A stretch of DNA of 33,566 nucleotides from Candidatus Jordarchaeia archaeon (GCA_029856435.1 JAHQXB010000088.1:1-33566), one strand, 5' to 3'. Counted from the stretch's first letter, positions 1 to 7,105 are shown. Numbers and translations: made by a program. Notes: generated by a model not told the origin, from the sequence alone.

Positions 1-63
1 GTTCTTCCAGAGTTCACGCAACAACTTCACATCAACATCACGGGTAACTTTCACTATAATCAT
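1..63 (-). CDS. Hypothetical protein, N-terminal fragment (runs off the window)
   Basis: ATG at 63 opens MIIVKVTRDVDVKLLRELWKN to the window edge; TATA-like AAACTTTTATAA on the minus strand about 35 nt upstream. Confidence 0.4.
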   Translation of the reverse strand, partial: MIIVKVTRDVDVKLLRELWKN

Positions 64-127
64 CACAAACACCACAATAACATAGATCACTACTGTTATA
101 AAAGTTTACTGAAGTACTATATAGTAT

Positions 128-293
128 GGAGGAGCACCTCCTGCTTGTGCGTCGGCTCCACGCGGCGCACATCCATACGCTCTCACCCTCAAGGGTGGAG
201 CACTTTGGTAGCCGCTCAAAGGGTACAGGCCCCAGCAACAAACTCAAACTCGTAGGGGTCGTGTTTTTTCGGACCAGCCGATGCACATCCTCC
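128..293 (-). ncRNA. Candidate structured non-coding RNA of unknown family
   Basis: GC-rich island in an AT-rich intergenic region; ends pair (GGAGGA/TCCTCC) and enclose several hairpins (GCTC-CACCC-ttga-GGGTG-a-GAGC; GTGCG..CGCAC; CTTTG..CAAAG; TCGG..CCGA). BRE/TATA-like GAAAAACCTTTTTTT at 325-311 on the minus strand. Strand inferred from this promoter only. Confidence 0.3.
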
Positions 294-479
294 CCCCACT
301 CACCAAGCTCAAAAAAAGGTTTTTCATACCGCCACAAAAATTGGGAGGGTTTCCTCCTCCGGGTTCTCATTACTTACAATTCCAAATACTTACCGTCAAA
401 TTTAATTCTACCCTGATAGGAATCTATTTAAATGTATTCGGCTTAGAGATAAGACAGCCACGAAAGAGGAAGGAAACTA

Positions 480-1130
480 ATGACTATTGACCTAAATAAA
501 AACAAGGAGAGAATAGTCCTAGAGATAATCCAGGACCACATAAGAAAAATATTATTTGCAGTAAAAGAGCTGGCACCCTTCCTAGAAGCATGGTTTGAGG
601 GAAACGAAGCCGAAATGGAAAAAATAATATTAAAAATATCGCAAGCCGAAAACGAAGCCGAAGAAATAAAACTAGCCCTACTAGACGAGTTAAGCGTCGC
701 CGCAACATTAATACAGCGAGAAGACCTGATGCGCCTAGTACTTACAACTGATGAAATCGCCGATTACGCTGAAGGGACTGCCTTTAGACTAAAGGGACTC
801 AAAAACTGGAAACCCAAAGAAGCCCTAAAAGAAGACCTAAGAAACCTAGTAAACACCACCATAAACTCCGTTGAAACACTCCGAGACTCCATATTCACCA
901 TAGTGGAAGACGCAGAGAGAGCCAAAAAGGCTGCCGAGGAAGTAGACAAAGTTGAAAGATTTATGGACCAAATACACCGAGCCATTGAACAAACCCTATT
1001 TGAACTAGATATAGACAACCGCACCCTAATACGCCTATTGAGCGTAGTGAGCAATTTGGAGGATGCTGTAGACACTGCTGGAAAAGCGGCTGATGCAGTG
1101 CGCATAATCGCCGTAGCAAGACTAGGATAA
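480..1130 (+). CDS. DUF47 / TIGR00153 family PhoU-like helical protein (putative phosphate transport regulator)
   Basis: 216 aa, all helical; E..A.EI..., REDL..L....DEIADYAE and LED..D...KAAD.V motifs typical of DUF47. Confidence 0.88.
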   Translation: MTIDLNKNKERIVLEIIQDHIRKILFAVKELAPFLEAWFEGNEAEMEKIILKISQAENEAEEIKLALLDELSVAATLIQREDLMRLVLTTDEIADYAEGTAFRLKGLKNWKPKEALKEDLRNLVNTTINSVETLRDSIFTIVEDAERAKKAAEEVDKVERFMDQIHRAIEQTLFELDIDNRTLIRLLSVVSNLEDAVDTAGKAADAVRIIAVARLG

Positions 1131-1177
1131 ATAGAACAGGAAAAAAGGCACCAAAAATCGAAAAGGAGGCAAAACAA

Positions 1178-1756
1178 GTGGAGGCCACCGAAAAAACAGC
1201 ACCAACCAAAAAAAGAGCGGAACTAATTTCTGGAAATAGAGTAATAGTATGGAATCCTGAGGAAGGCTCCCAACTTTACGCCGAAGGCTTCTACGGACAA
1301 CCCCTAGGAATAAGAAAACCAAAATCACCCCAATTCACACGCCCCCTTGAACTCTCCCTACTAGAAGCCTTATACTTACTCCAAAAAGAAAAAATCACAC
1401 TCACCGACGCCCAAGACAACCACGCTATAACCCCCGAAGAACTACTGGAAAAAGCAGAACAAACCTACATAGACTTTAAAACCAAATATGCGGTCTACAA
1501 AGACCTTAGAGAAAAAGGGTACGTAGTCAGACCCGGGCTTAAATTTGGAGCAGACTTCTCCGTCTACGAGCACGGACCCGGCATAGATCACGCTCCCCTC
1601 ATAGTATCAGTCGTCCCAAAAGGAACACAGCTCAGCCCCATAGAAACGGTAAGGGCGGGACGTCTCGCAACCAGCGTCCGGAAAAAATTCGTGGTAGCAA
1701 CAGTATCTCCCACAGGGGAACCAAAATACTACATGTTCACGTGGCACAAACCCTAA
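1178..1756 (+). CDS. endA: tRNA splicing endonuclease (tRNA-intron lyase), catalytic subunit
   Basis: LELSLLEALYL, VYKDLREKGYVVRPGLKFGADFSVY (catalytic Tyr), GIDHAP (His), TSVRKK (Lys); GFYGQPLGIRKPKS loop resembles the crenarchaea-specific loop. GTG start. Confidence 0.95.
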   Translation: MEATEKTAPTKKRAELISGNRVIVWNPEEGSQLYAEGFYGQPLGIRKPKSPQFTRPLELSLLEALYLLQKEKITLTDAQDNHAITPEELLEKAEQTYIDFKTKYAVYKDLREKGYVVRPGLKFGADFSVYEHGPGIDHAPLIVSVVPKGTQLSPIETVRAGRLATSVRKKFVVATVSPTGEPKYYMFTWHKP

Positions 1757-1863
1757 ACCCAAAAATCGAAAAACAAAATCACAAACTCAGATTCCCTATT
1801 TTTCCACTAATTATAAAAATAAAACAATTTCCTCCTCACAGTTCAAAAATCGAAATGACAAAT

Positions 1864-1880
1864 CCGAAAAAATTTTATAT
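1864..1880 (+). promoter_or_regulatory. BRE + TATA box of the tRNA-His gene
   Basis: CCGAAAAAA-TTTTATAT about 35 nt upstream of the tRNA G-1. Confidence 0.55.
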
Positions 1881-1914
1881 TCGCACGTGTGATATCAAGC
1901 TTAGCACAAGAAGA

Positions 1915-2108
1915 GGCCCAAGTGGGGTAGAGCAGTGTGGCTACACGCTGAGCCCATTGGTTTATCCTCGGGGACTGTGGCTTTCTTGGGTGTGTCTCCA
2001 AGATAATAGACATCCCCTGACCCGGGTTCCGTAGCCAGTTTGGCTGGTTCGGGATTTCAATTTGAGGATTAGCCTTTGGCTGTTCTCATGAATATCCCGG
2101 CTTGGGCC
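1915..2108 (+). tRNA. trnH: tRNA-His(GUG) with four introns; G-1 encoded, C73 discriminator, CCA not encoded
   Basis: Exons 1915-1930, 1958-1980, 2012-2026, 2056-2061 and 2095-2108 join to GGCCCAAGTGGGGTAGTGGTTTATCCTCGGGGACTGTGGATCCCCTGACCCGGGTTCAATTCCCGGCTTGGGCC (74 nt). This folds as a full cloverleaf: acceptor GCCCAAG/CTTGGGC plus G-1:C73, D-loop AGUGGUUUA, anticodon stem GGGGA/TCCCC with loop CU-GUG-GA, T arm CCGGG-TTCAATT-CCCGG. Introns 1931-1957, 1981-2011, 2027-2055 and 2062-2094 each have a 4-bp BHB central helix. Confidence 0.92.
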
Positions 2109-2175
2109 CTCAATCACCTTTACTTGTCTTTGTGATAATCCTGATAACTTATACCTTAATGGTTTTTGTTAAGTA

Positions 2176-2490
2176 TTGTATGGAGGGTCTACTTTGGTTG
2201 TGTTTTTGACTGCGGATTTGTTGGATAGTTTGAGTGACACTCCTTTTCCTGTTGAGCGGCGGACTGATTTTATTAAGTCTTCTAAGGATGATGTTTTGAG
2301 GGAGTTGGGTAGGGTGGAGTTTGATGAAATTATTGTGCGTGAAGATTATCTTGAGGCTTATAAGAAGAAGCGACATGTGGTTTCGATTGTTAAGTCTGGG
2401 AAATTCTTTTATGTTAGAAACGAGATGAAGGAAAGGAAGATTGGTACTTTGACAGCCTTGGCTTTGACTCTAACTGCTGGTATCCGATGA
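2176..2490 (+). CDS. Small hypothetical protein
   Basis: 104-aa ORF with protein-like composition and codon bias matching its neighbours; TTG start uncertain; no family recognised. Confidence 0.55.
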   Translation: MYGGSTLVVFLTADLLDSLSDTPFPVERRTDFIKSSKDDVLRELGRVEFDEIIVREDYLEAYKKKRHVVSIVKSGKFFYVRNEMKERKIGTLTALALTLTAGIR

Positions 2491-2799
2491 TACCTACAGT
2501 ATTCACATTTATAGTACGAGTATGAGGCTTCATAGTAATCGGGCAATTGTACAAATTATGTTTTCAATCACTGAGTGTCTAGCTTTAATAGTTCTAGAAA
2601 ACACGGTACTGATGTGGGCGTTGAAAATAGTCGTCTTCCTAATGGGAGGGCGTAATAGAGGTTAAAGGCATTCCCCTTTGTTTGAAAGGCTGTTTTACAG
2701 TTCGAGTCACAATGGAACTATGTCTTTCAAAGGATGGAACATATCAAATGTTATTTATACTATGTGTCTCGATTTACGAATTGGTTAGGAGGATTTGTC

Positions 2800-3564
2800 T
2801 TGCCGTTTCTGATTATTAGGGGTATAAAGATTTTTTATGAGTCTGTTGGTCAGGGTTTACCGGTTGTTTTTATTCATGGTTCTATGGGTAGTCACATTTC
2901 TTGGGATTCGCAGAGGGCACTATCCAATAATTATAATTTGATTTTTTTAGACTTGCCGGGTCATGGTATGTCGGACCCAATTGAAGATGAGATTTCAGTG
3001 AAGCTTTTTGCTGATTATGCGGCGGAGTTTGTGAGGGGCTTAGGCATTGAGAGTATGGTTGCGGTGGGGCATTCTTTGGGTGGTGCGATCTGCATACAGT
3101 TAGCTCTAGATTATCCAGAGCTTTTGAGGGGCTTGGTCCTAGTGGGAACAGGAGCCAAGTTGGGTGTGCTTCCCACCATACTTGAGGCTCTAAGGACCAA
3201 TTTCAGGGAGAGCATTAACTTAGCTATTGGCAGTATGGCTTTTGCGGAGAACGCGGATCCAAAGATTGTGGAACAGGTAAAGGAGGAGTGTTTAAAATGC
3301 AATCCAAAGGCGGCATATTTAGATTTTGCGGCATGTAACAAGTTTGATGCGCGAGACAGAATTTCCGAGGTTAGCGTACCAACCCTAATTATTGTTGGTT
3401 CAGAAGATAAATTGACCCCAGTAAAGTGGTCTCGTTACCTGAATGAGAAGATTTCGAAGTCCACTCTGAAAATAGTTGAAAACGCAGGCCACATGGTAAT
3501 GATTGAGCAACCAGAAGAATTCAACCAAGCCATTCTAAATTTCTTAAACGCTTTACAAAATTAA
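2800..3564 (+). CDS. Alpha/beta-fold hydrolase
   Basis: HG oxyanion motif (FIHGSMG), DLPGHG, nucleophile GHSLGG, Asp in GSED, His in NAGHMV. TTG start at 2800 follows GGAGGA (ORF track start 2734 is probably too far upstream). Confidence 0.92.
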   Translation: MPFLIIRGIKIFYESVGQGLPVVFIHGSMGSHISWDSQRALSNNYNLIFLDLPGHGMSDPIEDEISVKLFADYAAEFVRGLGIESMVAVGHSLGGAICIQLALDYPELLRGLVLVGTGAKLGVLPTILEALRTNFRESINLAIGSMAFAENADPKIVEQVKEECLKCNPKAAYLDFAACNKFDARDRISEVSVPTLIIVGSEDKLTPVKWSRYLNEKISKSTLKIVENAGHMVMIEQPEEFNQAILNFLNALQN

Positions 3565-3667
3565 TTACAATTACCAAAAGATGTCTGCACTCTTCAGATG
3601 CTTAATAAGTATGGTTTTAACAGTGAATTTCTAGTTAATTTTAGAAGGGGCGGCTGCTTACTGTTAT

Positions 3668-4258
3668 TTGAAAACTTTAAAGGTGGTTTTAATTTTGGAT
3701 CTGAGAACCTGCTATAAAAGGGCGGTCAGTGACTTATTCAAGGTTATAAAGGCTGAAGATTTAAGCAGGGAGTTCCTCGACTTTTTTGAGGAAACCGAAA
3801 AAGGCATACACATATTGATTAGCTCTGCTCCTGATACTAACGTTCTCGACGAAATTTTGCAAGACGCTTACACCTTGGCTGAAAAAGTAGCAATGGTGAA
3901 GCCATCTTCTTTAAAAACGTTGAGACGCCTCAAAGACGAACACCAGCTGCAAATAAGTAGCTTTATGAATAAGTCACTAATACTTAGCGAAGAACTAAAG
4001 CTAGATGGAAAAATCGCAAATGAGGACTTAACCTGCCCGGGGTGCAGTAAGCTTCTATTCAAAGACTCGGATTTCTGTCCTTATTGTGGAACAGAGTTAC
4101 CCAAGTGTGCGGTTTGCGGCGAAGTTATAGGAGAAAATCACAGAATCGTAGTGTGCCCCAAATGTGGGGAAAGTACACATTCCAAATGTATATTTAAGAT
4201 AAACAAAAAATGCTCCAGATGTGGGTCTAACCTAACTGTAAAAAACAGTTCATCATAA
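3668..4258 (+). CDS. Protein with C-terminal zinc ribbon plus C4HC3 RING/PHD-like finger (Prok-RING_1-like)
   Basis: CPGC..CPYC ribbon followed by C-x2-C-x12-C-x2-C-x4-H-x2-C-x7-C-x2-C (CAVC..IVVCPKCGESTHSKC..CSRC). Start codon uncertain. Confidence 0.75.
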   Translation: MKTLKVVLILDLRTCYKRAVSDLFKVIKAEDLSREFLDFFEETEKGIHILISSAPDTNVLDEILQDAYTLAEKVAMVKPSSLKTLRRLKDEHQLQISSFMNKSLILSEELKLDGKIANEDLTCPGCSKLLFKDSDFCPYCGTELPKCAVCGEVIGENHRIVVCPKCGESTHSKCIFKINKKCSRCGSNLTVKNSSS

Positions 4259-4295
4259 ACAAGTTCTAGATTTTTCCTCTCCTCAAATCTCTTAT

Positions 4296-4523
4296 CTAAA
4301 AGAGCATAAAAAGTTTTTAGTGCACTTTGGGATTTAGGCCTTTTTTTGAGGGGCAATTCCCCCAGAGAAAAGAGATTCCCGTTCCCTGTAGAAATAAGCC
4401 TCATTAAGGCCCCTTTCTGGAAAAAGAAGGAACAACAAAGGAAAGAGAAACACAAAGGAAACCGGGCTCCAAAAAAACCAACCAGCAGGCAACTTACAAT
4501 AAAAACTTTTTACGCCCTTCTAA
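4296..4523. repeat. Imperfect inverted repeat pair (20/24) with an internal hairpin region
   Basis: Reverse complement of 4296-4319 (TAAAAACTTTTTATGCTCTTTTAG) vs 4500-4523 (TAAAAACTTTTTACGCCCTTCTAA); inner stems GGCCTT/AAGGCC (4337/4406) and TGAGG/CCTCA. Confidence 0.5.
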
Positions 4524-4599
4524 AATAACTTTTTTAAACTCCATTTCACTATCATATTGACAACTTAAAATATCTGTTAGCATTAGGGACGTTATATTT

Positions 4600-4749
4600 A
4601 TGGTGAATTATGTTAAGCTTAACTGTTGTGACGAATGCTTCATGATTGAAATATGCGATAATCGCGAGATATGCTGCACCCTTTGTGAATTTTACGAAAA
4701 CGGGATATGCGCACTAGAGGAAGAAATTCTGTGGATAGAAGTTGAGTAA
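4600..4749 (+). CDS. 49-aa Cys-rich small protein (not in ORF track)
   Basis: MVNYVKLNCCDECFMIEICDNREICCTLCEFYENGICALEEEILWIEVE*; 8 Cys with two CCxxC motifs; TTAAAATA TATA-like box about 30 nt upstream. Confidence 0.65.
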   Translation: MVNYVKLNCCDECFMIEICDNREICCTLCEFYENGICALEEEILWIEVE

Positions 4750-4896
4750 AAAACGAGAATCAATTTGTTCTAAAACCTGCAAACTATCTGTGGACTAATC
4801 ATTACTGACTTTTTTCTTTGAATTATAGGGGGCTATGACGCTGAATCAATTGTGAGGCTATATGGTAAGGAGAAATTTTTAGCTTTTAATACCCTT

Positions 4897-5592
4897 TTAA
4901 ATTCTTTCACCCTCGGCTTTCTTTGCCTCAAGTTTAGAACTCGGTATTTTGACCATATCCTCTAATCCTAGGGCTCTAAGCGCCTCAAAAATAGCTCCCT
5001 TTTCGTCACTTGACAGTTCGTCTGCGTTTGTCTGAGCTACTGCTACTTGGGGTGTTGGGACTTGTGGTATTGGAGCCCGAGGTGGGGTTGGTGCACTTAT
5101 TTGGGGCGGTCTTAGGGGTTTGACTGTAGAGGTTGCGATAACTGGTTTGGGTGTTGGTGGTGTAGGCATAGTTGTTGCTGCGGGTATTTTGGGTGAGGGG
5201 AGTATTTCCGGTGCAACTCCAATCATTTCTGAAATCGATTTAGCGTATCTTCGCATAACCCCTAGATTAAGGCCTAGTTGTGAGGTGTCTTTGCTTGCTG
5301 CCACTAACATGTGGTTGGGTCCAGCTCTGGTGAGTAGAATGTGCCCGTTGTCGCCTCTGATTATTATGTCTGATAGGTTTCCGTAGTTTAGTTGCATGGA
5401 GGCCATTTCGCCTGTGCTAATCATGGCTGCCGAGGCTGCAGAAAGCATGTCAGCATCAACGGAAGCGGAAGCTGAACTGGCAATTCTTACTCCATCTCTC
5501 GTTATTACTGCCAGCCCTTCAAGCTTTGTAGTATCCTCTATCTTTTGCAGTAATGCTTTGATTTTTTCCGAAGTTTGTTCACTTATGGCCAT
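4897..5592 (-). CDS. Roadblock/LC7 (MglB-like) domain protein with Pro/Thr-rich linker and short C-terminal helical domain
   Basis: N-terminal ~125 aa with LEGLAVITRDGVRIAS..DMLSAASAAM..L..IIIRGDNGHILL..AG..L pattern of Roadblock/LC7, then PTPPTPKP/PPRAPIPQVPTP low-complexity segment. Confidence 0.88.
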   Translation of the reverse strand: MAISEQTSEKIKALLQKIEDTTKLEGLAVITRDGVRIASSASASVDADMLSAASAAMISTGEMASMQLNYGNLSDIIIRGDNGHILLTRAGPNHMLVAASKDTSQLGLNLGVMRRYAKSISEMIGVAPEILPSPKIPAATTMPTPPTPKPVIATSTVKPLRPPQISAPTPPRAPIPQVPTPQVAVAQTNADELSSDEKGAIFEALRALGLEDMVKIPSSKLEAKKAEGERI

Positions 5593-5915
5593 CTTGCTAC
5601 ACCATCATTTGTGGTGTTACTATAAATACTTAAACTGAGAGGTACTAAATATTTTTTGTCACGGTCAAACAACTATAAGTTTCATTTATTACTAATTTAT
5701 ATTAAAACTAAATTTACCTAATTTACTTCTAACACTATTTCCAGACTTTGGGCAAACTTTTTCTGATTAATACACCTCTACTTAGTCTATATACTGAGAT
5801 AAAACTCGCTTTTCATAATAGTACTTTCGGTCAAGTGTCTCCCCCCTACTTTCATATTTTTAAAAGTATTTTCTGTGGGGTTTAAATACTAAACAAAAAA
5901 TAGAAATATAAAGGG

Positions 5916-7037
5916 TTGAGGCTTATAGAAATGATTCCTCAAAGGGTAGCTGCGATATACGATCCCCTTTATATTCCTCCAAAAATTTGCCATAGAGAAA
6001 AAGAGCTTCAGGAACTCCAGAAAATACTATCCGATAATAATAACAATAATCTTTTGATTTACGGGCCTTCTGGGATAGGGAAAACGGTGCTTTCCAGATA
6101 TGCTGTAGCTGCACTCAATAAAAGTGAATCTGATTTCACTCCCGTTTTTGTTAATTTCTGTTATAAGCGTTTTAGAGAAATAATGTATCAAATTAACTCC
6201 TCCATATGTGACTCTGCACACCTAGGCCTGATACCCACGGGTGCTACGCTACCCGAACTATGGAATATTTTTCGTCGGTTGAGAAGGTCTATAAATAATA
6301 AATTGGTAATTATACTGGATGATGTTGACGAAAACAATCAGCAAATTCATAGAAAAATCCTTCAAGAATCTAAAGAACTCGACATAACTACTATAGCAAC
6401 TGCAAAGGTAGGCTACGCTAGAAAAATCAGGAGAGAATATGGAACAAGTTTACAACCCGATTTCACCCTTTTCCTAGATTTATACTCCAATACTGAGTTG
6501 ATGGACATAACACATCAGAGGGTAAACCTAGCTTTCCCCTCGCCTGTCCGCCCCTCTATAATTCGATTTTTAACTGACATCGTTTTGGAGTTTGATATTG
6601 GGCGGCCGAGCACAATTATTGAAATATTAAAGAGAATATATCCTATTTCCCTCCGTGGCGTAGACATACTACCCCTCCACATTCAAGAAGCAAGTTCAGA
6701 CATTTTCACCGTGCATGATGAGATTTCCATGATAGACTCATTAGCACAAATCAGCTTGATGACCCATCTACTCTTACAAAAAATTGCAAGAGTGTTTCAA
6801 AAATACCTCTATGAACCTTACATGTCTCTCAACGAAATAAAAAAGGAGTACGACTTACTTTACGAAGAATTAAAGGTACAAACAGACTCAAGAGAGTTGC
6901 ACGAATCGCTGAAAGATCTGCTCAGAACGGGATTACTTTATCAGTCTCACTTCGAACCGGACATGTTCTACATTGTAGTCACCCCTCAAAAAATACTCGA
7001 AATACTAGATTTAACCTTTGACGAAAAGTTTGAATAA
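5916..7037 (+). CDS. cdc6: Divergent Cdc6/Orc1-family AAA+ ATPase with C-terminal winged helix
   Basis: YIPPKICHREKEL, Walker A GPSGIGKT, Walker B IILDDVD, LYSNTELMDITHQRVNLAF; sensor-2 region degenerate. Start may be ATG 5931. Confidence 0.8.
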   Translation: MRLIEMIPQRVAAIYDPLYIPPKICHREKELQELQKILSDNNNNNLLIYGPSGIGKTVLSRYAVAALNKSESDFTPVFVNFCYKRFREIMYQINSSICDSAHLGLIPTGATLPELWNIFRRLRRSINNKLVIILDDVDENNQQIHRKILQESKELDITTIATAKVGYARKIRREYGTSLQPDFTLFLDLYSNTELMDITHQRVNLAFPSPVRPSIIRFLTDIVLEFDIGRPSTIIEILKRIYPISLRGVDILPLHIQEASSDIFTVHDEISMIDSLAQISLMTHLLLQKIARVFQKYLYEPYMSLNEIKKEYDLLYEELKVQTDSRELHESLKDLLRTGLLYQSHFEPDMFYIVVTPQKILEILDLTFDEKFE

Positions 7038-7105
7038 GCTATCGTTGCAGAAGGGAAACCATTCCCTATTCTATTCAAAAGTGTAAAAACCTTTTTGACC
7101 CATTT

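Noticed and set aside
205-240. GTACCCTTTGA (TPP-riboswitch-like, minus strand) and CAGG..AGCA (SRP helix-8-like, plus strand)
   Set aside because: The remaining conserved elements (CUGAGA/CUGAU for TPP; the GNRA-capped stem for SRP) are missing.
38-416. ORFs 38-370 (-), 126-416 (+) and 281-490 (+)
   Set aside because: They overlap each other and the structured element, have atypical composition and show no recognisable motifs.
480-1130. DUF47 gene without the usual adjacent PiT transporter
   Set aside because: Stand-alone DUF47 genes are common in archaea, so there is nothing specific to build on.
1881-1892. Near-palindrome TCGCACGTGTGA just after the tRNA TATA box (parS- or operator-like)
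   Set aside because: It is a single imperfect 12-mer that does not match the parS consensus and is not repeated in the window.
2092-2103. CCCGGCTT resembles the 3' strand of RNase P helix P4, and GGGTAGA..CTGA (1925-1951) resembles a box C/D K-turn
   Set aside because: There is no GAGGAAAGUCC partner; both features are fully explained by the T arm, acceptor stem and intron 1 of the tRNA-His.
4205-4260. Box C motif ATGATGA on the minus strand at the end of the RING gene
   Set aside because: There is no CTGA box D at a suitable distance, so it is not a credible C/D guide RNA.
5630-5915. Possible replication origin upstream of cdc6 (AT-rich stretch, G-string half site)
   Set aside because: No complete or repeated ORB/mini-ORB could be identified, so an origin cannot be supported from sequence alone.
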